In this document: piece after piece, positions 12,258 through 21,520 of the stretch
Position numbering within the stretch: the stretch's first letter is position 1
Layout of the letters: each line of letters begins with the position of its first letter
From: Thermoplasmatota archaeon
GTDB lineage: Archaea; Thermoplasmatota; JAKEGO01
Assembly: GCA_028279595.1 (NCBI GenBank)
Contig: JANQNK010000003.1
Coordinates: forward strand, 96,001 to 160,000
Direction: 5' to 3'
Length of the DNA stretch: 64,000 bases
Notes under the pieces: model-generated
What the model was told of the DNA's origin: nothing
Seen by the model: the letters and a program-made list of their open reading frames with translations, nothing else
The model's database searches: none
Translations under genes and position numbers: made by a program

Positions 12258-13567
12258 CCACGTTCGTCGGTGTCGACGACACGGACTCCGCCGACGGGAT
12301 GTGCACCACATATCTGGGACTGAGGATGATCGCCTCGCTTCCCGAGGGTGTCGACCTCATCGGCCACCCCCGCCTCGTCAGATTGAACCCGAACATCCCG
12401 TGGCGCACCCGCGGGAACGGCGCCGTCTCCTTCGAGGTCGGCACGGGTGCTGGAAAACCATCGATGATCGGTGAGTTCCAGGGCAAGGGCATCCGGTCCT
12501 ATCCGGATTCAACGGGAGCTACGGTCAATGGACCGGACCTTCTCGAACTTCTATCATCATTGGTCGAGGACATATCTCACAGTGACCGCGAAGGCACCGA
12601 TCCTGGCCTGGTCATCTCAAATTACGAGCTGCCCGACGAGGTCTACTGGACCGGCGTTCGAGGCGTCCACGAACAGGAAGGGATTCTAGAACTCCTCGAG
12701 GATTCGCGTTGTCACCATCGTTCATGGGGGAACGGACGCGGTCTTATCGGCGCCGCCTGCTCGATAGCATGGCCGGGAAGCCTGGTCACCTACGAGGCGG
12801 TGTCATACCGGAAGGAGAACGCCTGGGGAACGCCTAGGTCGTTCGACGAAGACCAGTTCAGACTCCTCGACAGCGAGCACGGGACGTTCAGCACATCGGA
12901 TCCCGGGACGGGCCGCGTGATGGCGGTCCCGAACACACCGTGTCCGATCCTCGCAGGCATCAGGGCGGAATCCCCCGACGTCGCTGAACGGGCACTTCTA
13001 TCCCTCGATACAGAGGAGCCATCCGGACACCTCGTGTGGGCAACGAACCACGCCACCGACGATCACATCTCGCCGGTGCGGTCGGTGCGGGAGATATCCC
13101 CGTTCATGTCGGTCTCGATCACCGGTACCGTGGCTTCCGCACCGAGGACGGTAAAGGGTGGTCATGTCATAGTCGCCATCGACAGCGAAGGTACGGTCGA
13201 CATCGCCGCCTACGAGCCCACCAAGGGCCTCCGGGAGACGGTCCTTCAGCTCCGCGAGGGCGACCTCGTCACCGCCGTCGGAGGCGTCCGCGAGACTCCC
13301 CTCACCATCAATCTCGAGAAGATCCGGATAGACCGGACGGTCGATAGATTTATCAAATCGGAGAACCCTGTATGCGATGCCTGCGGCAAGCACATGAAGT
13401 CCAAGGGAAGGGGTGCGGGCTACAGGTGCCAGGTGTGCGGGGCCACCGCATCCGAGAACGATGCAGATAGGGTCACCGTTCGCGCGCCTGACACCGGATG
13501 GTACGAAGCCTCACCATCCGCCCGTCGACATCTGACGATGCCACTGGAAAGGCTCGACCGGTGCTAG
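12254..13567 (+). CDS. tiaS: tRNA(Ile2) 2-agmatinylcytidine synthetase
   Basis: GVDDTDS..GMCTTY, LVRLNPNIPWRTRGN, GRGLIGA, TNHATDDH, AYEPT, C-terminal Zn ribbon, RRHL; start uncertain (probable CTG at 12254). Confidence 0.94.
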   Translation: MTTFVGVDDTDSADGMCTTYLGLRMIASLPEGVDLIGHPRLVRLNPNIPWRTRGNGAVSFEVGTGAGKPSMIGEFQGKGIRSYPDSTGATVNGPDLLELLSSLVEDISHSDREGTDPGLVISNYELPDEVYWTGVRGVHEQEGILELLEDSRCHHRSWGNGRGLIGAACSIAWPGSLVTYEAVSYRKENAWGTPRSFDEDQFRLLDSEHGTFSTSDPGTGRVMAVPNTPCPILAGIRAESPDVAERALLSLDTEEPSGHLVWATNHATDDHISPVRSVREISPFMSVSITGTVASAPRTVKGGHVIVAIDSEGTVDIAAYEPTKGLRETVLQLREGDLVTAVGGVRETPLTINLEKIRIDRTVDRFIKSENPVCDACGKHMKSKGRGAGYRCQVCGATASENDADRVTVRAPDTGWYEASPSARRHLTMPLERLDRC

Positions 13568-13568
13568 G

Positions 13569-16500
13569 ATGGAAGACTACTTCGCGGAACTCGAGAGAGA
13601 GGTCATGCGGACCTACGACATCGCCGAGCGATGCCGCTCGAAGGGTTTCGACATCGACGATCACGTCGAGATACCGATCGCCAAGGACCTGCCCGATCGT
13701 GTCGAACAGCTCGTCGGTCCCCCGGGTATCGCTGAGGTCATCCGCGACCTCGACGACGGCAACCGCGAGAGCACCGCCCTCAGGACGAGCGTCGCCATCG
13801 CGAAGGGCTCCAACGCTCCCACCGAGAGGGCCATAGACCAGGCGGTCAGAACCGGTCTCGCCATACTGACCGAGGGCATCCTCGTCGCCCCGCTCGAGGG
13901 CATAGCGAGCGTCTACCTAGGCAACAACCCCGACGGCACGACCTATCTCGGGATCAAATTCTCTGGACCCATAAGATCCGCGGGAGGCACGGGCCAGGCT
14001 CTGAGCGTGCTCATCGGAGATATCGTCCGGCGCGAGCTCGGCATCGGCAGGTACAGGCCGACCGAGGCGGAGGTCCAGAGGTACAAGGAGGAGATCCCGC
14101 TGTACAAGCGGTCGGTGAGCCTCCAGTACCTGCCCTCTGACCGCGAGCTCGACATAATCGTCCGCAACTGCCCAGTGTGCATCGACGGCGAGCCGACGGA
14201 GAAGATCGAGGTCTCGGGTCAGCGCGACCTCTCCAGGATCGATACCAACCGGGTCCGCGGCGGCATGTGCCTCGTCATCTCCGAGGGGATCGCGCTCAAG
14301 GCGTCCAAGATACTCAAGAACGTGTCCGCCCTCGGGATCGAGGGCTGGGAGTTCCTCGAGGAGTTCACGAAAGGCAACGACTCCGACGGCGGCAAGACGG
14401 TCGGTCCATCGGAGAAGTACATGAAGGACCTCATAGTCGGACGTCCCGTCTTCTCGCATCCGTCGAGGAAGGGCGGGTTCCGCCTTCGATACGGCCGGGG
14501 CCGCACCACTGGACTGGCCGCCATCGCCCTGAACCCGGCGACGATGACCGTGCTGGGCGAGTTCCTTGCCCTGGGGACCCAGATGAAGATCGAGCGTCCT
14601 GGAAAGGCCGGTGCGATAACCTCATGCACGACCATCGAGGGCCCCACGGTCCTGCTCAAGAACGGCGACGTTGTCCAGGTGGATGACCATTCCAAGGCCG
14701 CTGCGATCGTCGGCAACATCGCCGAGATCATCGACGTCGGGGAGGTCCTGATACCCTTCGGCGAGTTCGTCGAGAACAACCATCCGCTGCTACCGGGAGC
14801 GTATTCGATCGAACGCTGGGCCGCCGAGCTCATGGCAGCCACGGGATCGGACTTCAGGACCGCCATGGACACCGCGGCATCGATAGACCTGGAGAGGTCG
14901 GTCGAGCTGTCAAGGGAGCACGGTATGCCGCTCCATCCCTCGTTCAACCTTCTCTGGCACGATATCACGATCAAGGAGGTACGGGCCCTCGGTGAGGCCG
15001 TCCGTGCCTCGGGAGACGGCGACCTCGCCATCCCGAACGACCCGGAACTCAAGCGATCGCTGGAGGAGCTCGCCTGCCCTCACAGGGTGGACGGAGAGAC
15101 CCTGGTGATCGACGGACACGCGGCCGTACTTCGGTTCCTCCTGGCGAACGACGTCGATCCCGGTACGGACAAGAGCGTGCTGGACTACATATCCAGGGCC
15201 GCCGGGATCACCGTTCCCACCAAGTGCGCCACGCGGATCGGCGGGAGGATGGGCCGTCCGGAGAAGGCCGCGCCCAGGATGATGAAACCACCGGTCCACG
15301 GACTGTTCCCGCTCGGCCAGCACGGAGGGAGCCAGAGGCTGCTCAGCAAGGCATCGGAGGCCGGTGCTATCACGGTCAAGATCGGTGCGCGGAAGTGCGA
15401 GGTCTGCGAGAACATAGGGTTCAAGCGGACCTGCTGCGGAAAGAGGACCCTGGACATGCCCGTGATGTCGAGGAAGATCGACGTCGGCAAGGCCACATCG
15501 GACGCCGTCGCCGGCCTCGGTATAGGTACAATGCCCCCGATGAAGGGCGTCAAGGGCCTGATATCGGAAGGGAAGGTCCCGGAGCCGATAGAGAAGGGCG
15601 TCCTGAGGTCGCTCCACGGCGTCTTCATCAACAAGGACGGGACGGTCAGGTTCGAGTACATGGACGCTCCTCTGACACATTTCAAACCCATGGAGATAGG
15701 AACCTCCGTCGAGAAGTTGAGGGACCTCGGATACACCGAGGACATCGCGGGAAGACCGTTGGAGAACGACGATCAGATCCTGGAGCTCAGGGTCCAGGAC
15801 TTCATCCCATCGCAGAACGGGGGCGAGTACATGGTCAACGTGGCCAAGTTCGTCGACGACCTTCTCATCCGGTTCTACGACGAGGAACCCTTCTTCAGGG
15901 CTTCCAAGCCAGAGGACCTGGTCGGACATCTGGTCGTCGGGCTGGCCCCCCATACATCGGGTGGCGTCCTCGGAAGGATAATCGGCTTCACCCCGACGCA
16001 ATGCGGTTTCGCCCATCCATTCTACCACGCCGCCAAGCGCCGGAACTGCGACGGCGACGCGGACACCTTCTTCCTTCTGCTCGACGGACTCCTCAACTTC
16101 TCCAAGAGCTACCTTCCCTCTTCAAGAGGGGGCCAGATGGATGCACCCCTGGTCATGCCGATCCGGATCGACCCGAACGAGATCGACAAGGAGGCCCTGA
16201 ACGTCGACGCAGGGTGGTACTACCCCGCCGAGTTCTACGAGGCCGCCGACAGCATGGCCGACCCGAAGGACGTCGCTCCGATGATGTCCCTGGTCAAGGA
16301 CCTCGTGAAGGAGGGCAACGAGTTCACGGGATTCGGATTCACACACGACACCGCGGACCTGACGATCGGGCCGAAGAGCTCGGCCTACGGCGAACTGGGG
16401 TCCATCACCAACAAGCTCGAGGCCCAGATGGAACTCGCACTCAAGATCCGCGCCGTGGACGAGGCCGACGTCGCCACCAGACTGATCGAGGGTCATCTGC

Positions 16501-16826
16501 TGCCGGACATCATGGGCAATCTGCGGACCTTCTGCCAGCAGGGCTTCCGCTGCGCCAAATGCAACTCCAAGTACCGCCGCGTACCGCTGTCGGGCAAGTG
16601 CACACGGTGCGGCAACAAGCTGATGTTGACGGTCCACGAGGGGAATGTCACCAAGTACATCGACATGGCCAAGGGCATCGCGGAGAAGTACCACGTGTCA
16701 CCGTACGTCGCCCAGCGCATCGAGATGCTCGACATCTCCATCAGGACGATGTTCGACGAGAACAACGGCAAGAAGAAGAAGAGGAAGAAGGAGGCGCCTT
16801 CGACATGCCTCGAGGATTATCTGTAG
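13569..16826 (+). CDS. polC: DNA polymerase II (PolD) large subunit DP2
   Basis: GPIRSAGGT, GGFRLRYGR, RIGGRMGRPEK, GLAPHTS, HAAKRRNCDGD catalytic motif, C-terminal Zn finger; no intein-sized insertion. Confidence 0.97.
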   Translation: MEDYFAELEREVMRTYDIAERCRSKGFDIDDHVEIPIAKDLPDRVEQLVGPPGIAEVIRDLDDGNRESTALRTSVAIAKGSNAPTERAIDQAVRTGLAILTEGILVAPLEGIASVYLGNNPDGTTYLGIKFSGPIRSAGGTGQALSVLIGDIVRRELGIGRYRPTEAEVQRYKEEIPLYKRSVSLQYLPSDRELDIIVRNCPVCIDGEPTEKIEVSGQRDLSRIDTNRVRGGMCLVISEGIALKASKILKNVSALGIEGWEFLEEFTKGNDSDGGKTVGPSEKYMKDLIVGRPVFSHPSRKGGFRLRYGRGRTTGLAAIALNPATMTVLGEFLALGTQMKIERPGKAGAITSCTTIEGPTVLLKNGDVVQVDDHSKAAAIVGNIAEIIDVGEVLIPFGEFVENNHPLLPGAYSIERWAAELMAATGSDFRTAMDTAASIDLERSVELSREHGMPLHPSFNLLWHDITIKEVRALGEAVRASGDGDLAIPNDPELKRSLEELACPHRVDGETLVIDGHAAVLRFLLANDVDPGTDKSVLDYISRAAGITVPTKCATRIGGRMGRPEKAAPRMMKPPVHGLFPLGQHGGSQRLLSKASEAGAITVKIGARKCEVCENIGFKRTCCGKRTLDMPVMSRKIDVGKATSDAVAGLGIGTMPPMKGVKGLISEGKVPEPIEKGVLRSLHGVFINKDGTVRFEYMDAPLTHFKPMEIGTSVEKLRDLGYTEDIAGRPLENDDQILELRVQDFIPSQNGGEYMVNVAKFVDDLLIRFYDEEPFFRASKPEDLVGHLVVGLAPHTSGGVLGRIIGFTPTQCGFAHPFYHAAKRRNCDGDADTFFLLLDGLLNFSKSYLPSSRGGQMDAPLVMPIRIDPNEIDKEALNVDAGWYYPAEFYEAADSMADPKDVAPMMSLVKDLVKEGNEFTGFGFTHDTADLTIGPKSSAYGELGSITNKLEAQMELALKIRAVDEADVATRLIEGHLLPDIMGNLRTFCQQGFRCAKCNSKYRRVPLSGKCTRCGNKLMLTVHEGNVTKYIDMAKGIAEKYHVSPYVAQRIEMLDISIRTMFDENNGKKKKRKKEAPSTCLEDYL

Positions 16827-16880
16827 AACGTAGACAGGGCCAATGCTGACCGTACTGGAATTATGTAAGTTCCAACTCGC

Positions 16881-17690
16881 CTAGTAGCCCTTGATCTGGA
16901 AGATGCAGCGGTCCGCCCCGTCCAGGATGGCGGAGTCGATGTTCATGACGACATTGCCCATGACCTCGGATACCACGCGGGAATACAGACCCCGGCAGAT
17001 CATGCACAGGATCGGATTGCTGGCCTCGCTCTCCTGCCACGGGCAGACCTCGACCATCACGGAGCCCTTTCCGTCGTCGACCTCGAGCACTATCGGGTCG
17101 CCTCCGATCTCGGAGAGGATGCTGTTCGCGAACTCCAAGGCGGAGGAAAGGTCCTGTCCCGCGGACTCCTTGGCGCCGTAGAGCTCGGAGATGTCGTTGC
17201 ACATCTCGGAGATGAACATGTTCCTGACCTCGGGCTGGACGTTCTTCAGAAGCAGCGGCGTCAGGTTGATGAGGATCTTCCTGATCTTCTCCTGGGCCAT
17301 GTTCTCGTCGATGAGCTGCTTCATCTTGAGGAGACATTTCGTCCTCGCCTTCAGCTCGAGATAGTTGACCGGTTTGACCAGGAAATCGTCGGCCCCCGCC
17401 TCGAGGCCCTTTAGATAGGACTCGAAGTCAGAGAGAGCGGTTATCATGATGATGGGTATGAGGGCAGTGGACTTGTCGGCGCGCAGCCTCCGGCAAACCT
17501 CGAACCCGTCGACCTTCGGCATCATGACGTCAAGGAGAACCACGTCCGGGTCATCGGAATGTACCTTTTCAAGACCCTCCTCACCGTCGTATGCGGTCGA
17601 TACCTCGTAACCTTCCGACGTGAGGTGCGCGTGAAGCAATCTCACGTTCTCCACGTGGTCGTCCACCACGAGCACTCTGGGTTTCTTCAT
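16881..17690 (-). CDS. Response regulator: REC plus Cys-rich V4R/MetOD1-like output domain
   Basis: VLVVDD, LLDVMMP, KP; C-terminal VCPW..LCMICRG..ILDGADRC. Confidence 0.85.
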   Translation of the reverse strand: MKKPRVLVVDDHVENVRLLHAHLTSEGYEVSTAYDGEEGLEKVHSDDPDVVLLDVMMPKVDGFEVCRRLRADKSTALIPIIMITALSDFESYLKGLEAGADDFLVKPVNYLELKARTKCLLKMKQLIDENMAQEKIRKILINLTPLLLKNVQPEVRNMFISEMCNDISELYGAKESAGQDLSSALEFANSILSEIGGDPIVLEVDDGKGSVMVEVCPWQESEASNPILCMICRGLYSRVVSEVMGNVVMNIDSAILDGADRCIFQIKGY

Positions 17691-20600
17691 TGCACCGCCT
17701 CCTCTCCCTGGGCTAGTCTTGAATACATCTCAAGTTCCTTTAATAACTTGTCCTTGGAGAAGTCCTCCTTCTTCGTGATGGAGAGGACGTTCTCCCTCAT
17801 CTCCTCGACCTCCCTGCGCGAGAGGTGCTTGGCCGTGAGTATCATTACTGGCACATCCCTGGTGGTGGGATCCTTCTTGAGCTCGGTGAGCACCTCGATA
17901 CCGCTCATGTCGGGCATGATGAGGTCGAGAATCACGAGGTCCGGTCGCTCCTTGCGGACCATGTCCAGGCCCTCGACGCCCCCGTAGGCCTTCAGCACGC
18001 TGTAACCCTCCTTCTCGAGGATGGTCGAAACGAGCTTGACCGCCTGGGGCTGGTCGTCGACGACGAGCACGCGCATCGGTCCCTCCACCGGCTTGATGGA
18101 GATCTTCTTGAGCCTGTCGAGGAGCTTGTCCTTCTCTATCGGCTTGACGAAGAAGTCGATCGCGCCCATGCTGATGCCCTTCGAGGTGTTCTCGAGGACT
18201 GATATGATGATTATCGGGATCTCGTTGGTCTCCGGCATGGATTTCAGACGCTTGAGGACGTTCCATCCGTTGATGTCCGGCAGGAGGATGTCCAGGAGTA
18301 TGGCGAACGGCTCGAGCTGCTTGGCCTTCCTGATGCCAGACTCCCCGTCGATGGCCATGATGACGTCGTATCCTTCGTCCTCGAGGATGGTCTGCATCAG
18401 ATGCCTCGTCTCCTCCGAATCGTCGATCACCAGCACCTTGCTCCTCTGTGTCGTCGGTTTCGAAAGGACGGGCGCTGGTTCAGGGATGCCGACCGGTCTT
18501 CCGATGGCCTGGTCGAGCGGGGTCCCGCCCCTCGCCACCGGGCCCTGTGGCATGGTCTTCACCGGTTTCGGCGCGGGTTTCGATCCCTTTACCGGCTTCT
18601 CGACCGCCTTCGGTCTCGGCTTCCTGGGTTCGGCCTTCGGCGCCGGTCTTGGCTTGGAGGCCTTCGGCGGTGGACCCGTCGGCCTCGGTCTCCTTATCTG
18701 TGTGGGCTTATCGAACGATAATGCTGGTGGTTCCTCGACCGTCCCTCTGGCGACCGGTCCTGCCTCGGCAGCCTCGTCGGCGAAGTTGTAGACGGGTTTC
18801 GCGATCTCCTTCGGCACCTCAGGCACCGGGATAGGCTCTGGGACGGGTTCAGGTTCGGGTTCGGGTGCTGGCTGGATTTCCTCCATCGGCCCGACCGGCG
18901 TGGCAGCGGGCACCGTGAAGGAGAAGGTCGATCCAGCACCGACGACGCTCTTGAACCAGATCCGCCCGCCGTGGAGCTCGACCAGCTTCTTGGCCAATGG
19001 CAGTCCCAGGCCTGTTCCCTCGTGCTCCCTGGACACCGACATGTCGAGCTGAGTGAACTCCCTGAATATCGTCTCGTACTCGCTCTTCTTGATGCCGATA
19101 CCGGTATCGATGACGTCTATGCGGACCATGTCCTTGACAGGTCTCGCCGTGACCCTGACCAGTCCGTACGACGGTGTGAACTTGATGGCATTGCTCATGA
19201 GGTTGTACAGGACCTGCTTGACCCTGAGGACATCGCCCTTGATCTTCGGAATGTTGTTGGGGATGTCGACGCTGAACGAGAGGCCCTTCTTGGTGTAGAG
19301 GGGCTTGACGATCTCCTGGACCTCGCGGACGTTCTCCTCGATGTCGAACACCTGGATGTGCAGGTCCATCCGGCCCGCCTCGATCTTGGACAGGTCCAGT
19401 ATCTCGTTGATGAGCTCGAGCAGGTGCCGTCCCGCGCTGTGGATATCGTGAAGGAACTCCTCCTGCTGGGGCGTCAGGTCTCCGAACGAGCGGCTCATCA
19501 GGACCTCGGAGAAGCCGATGATCGAGTTCAACGGGGTCCGGAGCTCGTGGGACATGTTCGCCAGGAACTCAGACTTGAGCTTGTCGGCACGGAGGAGCTT
19601 CCTGTTCAGCTCCGTCAGCTCCATGTTCATTCCCGAGAGCGAGCTCGTACGCTCCATGACCAGCGTCTCGAGTTCGGAGTACGACCTCACAAGTTCCCTG
19701 GTGAGACGGTTCAGCGAAATGGTCAGCTCACCGACCTCGTCCCTGGAACGCACCGGCAGTTCATACTTCTTGGAGGACTTCGGGCGCTTGCCGTCGGTCT
19801 TCGTCAGCGTGGTCATGATGCGGTTCGTGTTGTCGGTGAGTTCGGTGAGCGACCTCGTTATCTTCCTGACGAAGAGCCATGCGATGGCGCTGCCGATCAC
19901 GGCGAATACGATTGTGAAGAATATGATCGCCTGTTCCAGGTCCCTTACCGGAGCCATGGCCTCGTCCTCGGGAACGACCACGCAGATCCCCCAACCCAGC
20001 TCGTCGAGGTACACGTATGCGCCCATCTCCCTCTGGCCGCTGATATCGTTCTGGAACGTCAACGTGCCGGATCCGCCCTCGAGGACCTCCTCGACGATCT
20101 CGAGGTCGCGGGCCGAGTCCAGGTCGTCTATCTCCTCCCTGTCCGGATGGGATATTATTCGTCCCTGGTAGTCCACGAAGAAGATGTAACCGTCGCTGCC
20201 GACCTTGATGTTCTGGATGGTCTCGTCTATGAAGTCCAGCGAGAGGACGCCGTTGAGGACGCCGATGACCTCGCCGTCATCTATCACCGGTGAAGATAGG
20301 AATATCGTCGGGACACCGTTCTCGTTCCCTGGAGCCAATTCATCCGGCAGTACCTTGAACATGATCATCGGTGTCTTCGTCGTTATCACGGTATCAAGGA
20401 AGCTGAGGTCCTCCGTTATCCCGGCTGCATTGAAGGGATGCCTGTGCCTGATGACCTTCGAGGTGTCGAGTACCTCGATGAAGTAGTACGTCCCGTACGC
20501 ATTGTACAGGCTCTCGAACTTGGTCTCGAACGTCGTCAGGTTCCATTCCCCGACAGCGGCGATGAACTCGGGGGAATCGGCCACGGAGACGATGTCTCCG

Positions 20601-20812
20601 AGGGACCCGTTGATGAAGCTCGCGATCCAATATCCGTTGTTGCGGGCGATCTCGAGGTTCCTCTCGTTGGTCTCCTCCCGGATGTTGTCGGAGAACTCGC
20701 GGTGGGTGAAGTAACCGAGGGTACCGATGGTAACTGTGATGAATGCGATGAACACAACGACCATCTTCAGTTTCATAGACTTGCGCAGGACCACCGTCTC
20801 ACCCTTCTCCAC
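17687..20812 (-). CDS. Hybrid sensor histidine kinase (TM-Cache-TM-HAMP-HisKA-HATPase-Pro-rich linker-REC-REC)
   Basis: FLANMSHELRTPLN, NLMSNAIKFT, DTGIGI, GTGLGL, two receiver domains. Confidence 0.93.
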   Translation of the reverse strand: MEKGETVVLRKSMKLKMVVVFIAFITVTIGTLGYFTHREFSDNIREETNERNLEIARNNGYWIASFINGSLGDIVSVADSPEFIAAVGEWNLTTFETKFESLYNAYGTYYFIEVLDTSKVIRHRHPFNAAGITEDLSFLDTVITTKTPMIMFKVLPDELAPGNENGVPTIFLSSPVIDDGEVIGVLNGVLSLDFIDETIQNIKVGSDGYIFFVDYQGRIISHPDREEIDDLDSARDLEIVEEVLEGGSGTLTFQNDISGQREMGAYVYLDELGWGICVVVPEDEAMAPVRDLEQAIIFFTIVFAVIGSAIAWLFVRKITRSLTELTDNTNRIMTTLTKTDGKRPKSSKKYELPVRSRDEVGELTISLNRLTRELVRSYSELETLVMERTSSLSGMNMELTELNRKLLRADKLKSEFLANMSHELRTPLNSIIGFSEVLMSRSFGDLTPQQEEFLHDIHSAGRHLLELINEILDLSKIEAGRMDLHIQVFDIEENVREVQEIVKPLYTKKGLSFSVDIPNNIPKIKGDVLRVKQVLYNLMSNAIKFTPSYGLVRVTARPVKDMVRIDVIDTGIGIKKSEYETIFREFTQLDMSVSREHEGTGLGLPLAKKLVELHGGRIWFKSVVGAGSTFSFTVPAATPVGPMEEIQPAPEPEPEPVPEPIPVPEVPKEIAKPVYNFADEAAEAGPVARGTVEEPPALSFDKPTQIRRPRPTGPPPKASKPRPAPKAEPRKPRPKAVEKPVKGSKPAPKPVKTMPQGPVARGGTPLDQAIGRPVGIPEPAPVLSKPTTQRSKVLVIDDSEETRHLMQTILEDEGYDVIMAIDGESGIRKAKQLEPFAILLDILLPDINGWNVLKRLKSMPETNEIPIIIISVLENTSKGISMGAIDFFVKPIEKDKLLDRLKKISIKPVEGPMRVLVVDDQPQAVKLVSTILEKEGYSVLKAYGGVEGLDMVRKERPDLVILDLIMPDMSGIEVLTELKKDPTTRDVPVMILTAKHLSRREVEEMRENVLSITKKEDFSKDKLLKELEMYSRLAQGEEAVQ

Positions 20813-20968
20813 CAGACAAAGGATATAGATTCTTCACATATTTATACTCGCCGATAGGCCCGAAACTGCCTAAAACGGCAGTTTTCTTTATAAAAAAGCA
20901 CGATTTGGGCATTTTTCTGATTTCGAGTGGAAAAATGGGTCTTAAAATGTCGGATATTGGAGAGAAGG

Positions 20969-21340
20969 TCACTGTCCGAGGAACTTCTTGACGAGGTTCG
21001 GGAATTCGACCGTGTCGATGGGCTTCGGTATGTACCCGACGCAGCCCGCCGCATGGGCCTTCTGCTCGTCACCCCGCATGGCGTGGGCGGTGAGCGCGAC
21101 GATGGGGATCCCGGACGTCTTAGGGTCCTCCTTGAGCATCTTCGTCAGCGTCAGGCCGTCCATCTTGGGGAGCTGTATGTCCATGAGGATGAGGTCGAAG
21201 TCCCTGTACTTGAGGATCTCGATGGCCTCCTCGGCGTTGAGCGCCTCCGTGACGACATATTCCTGCTGTTCCAGAAGTATGCGGACCAGCTTGAGGTTCA
21301 TCACGTTGTCCTCGACCACCAGAACGTTCTCGCCTGACAT
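20969..21340 (-). CDS. Single-domain response regulator (DivK-like)
   Basis: VLVVEDN, ILMDIQLP, ALTAHAMRGD, AGCVGYIPKP. Confidence 0.92.
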   Translation of the reverse strand: MSGENVLVVEDNVMNLKLVRILLEQQEYVVTEALNAEEAIEILKYRDFDLILMDIQLPKMDGLTLTKMLKEDPKTSGIPIVALTAHAMRGDEQKAHAAGCVGYIPKPIDTVEFPNLVKKFLGQ

Positions 21341-21520
21341 ACTGGTCCCATATCCAGGACACTGCTAATAATAGTTTGCATGTTGATAATCCGCTAACGA
21401 TGGCGACGGAACTCACCAGTGTCGTCTCGGCCGGGCATGGTATCACGCCGACCCCAATATCACCTGTCGCCGGAGCTTGGCCACGCATAATTATTATAAC
21501 TGGAACCATGCTTCGGGGTC

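Noticed and set aside
13569-16826. Intein in PolD DP2
   Set aside because: The RRNCDGD motif is contiguous and the length is normal.
20862-20940. Inverted repeats (aaactgcc/ggcagttt, catttttc/gaaaaatg) between the DivK-like gene and the kinase
   Set aside because: Consistent with an ordinary terminator/promoter region; nothing specific can be supported.
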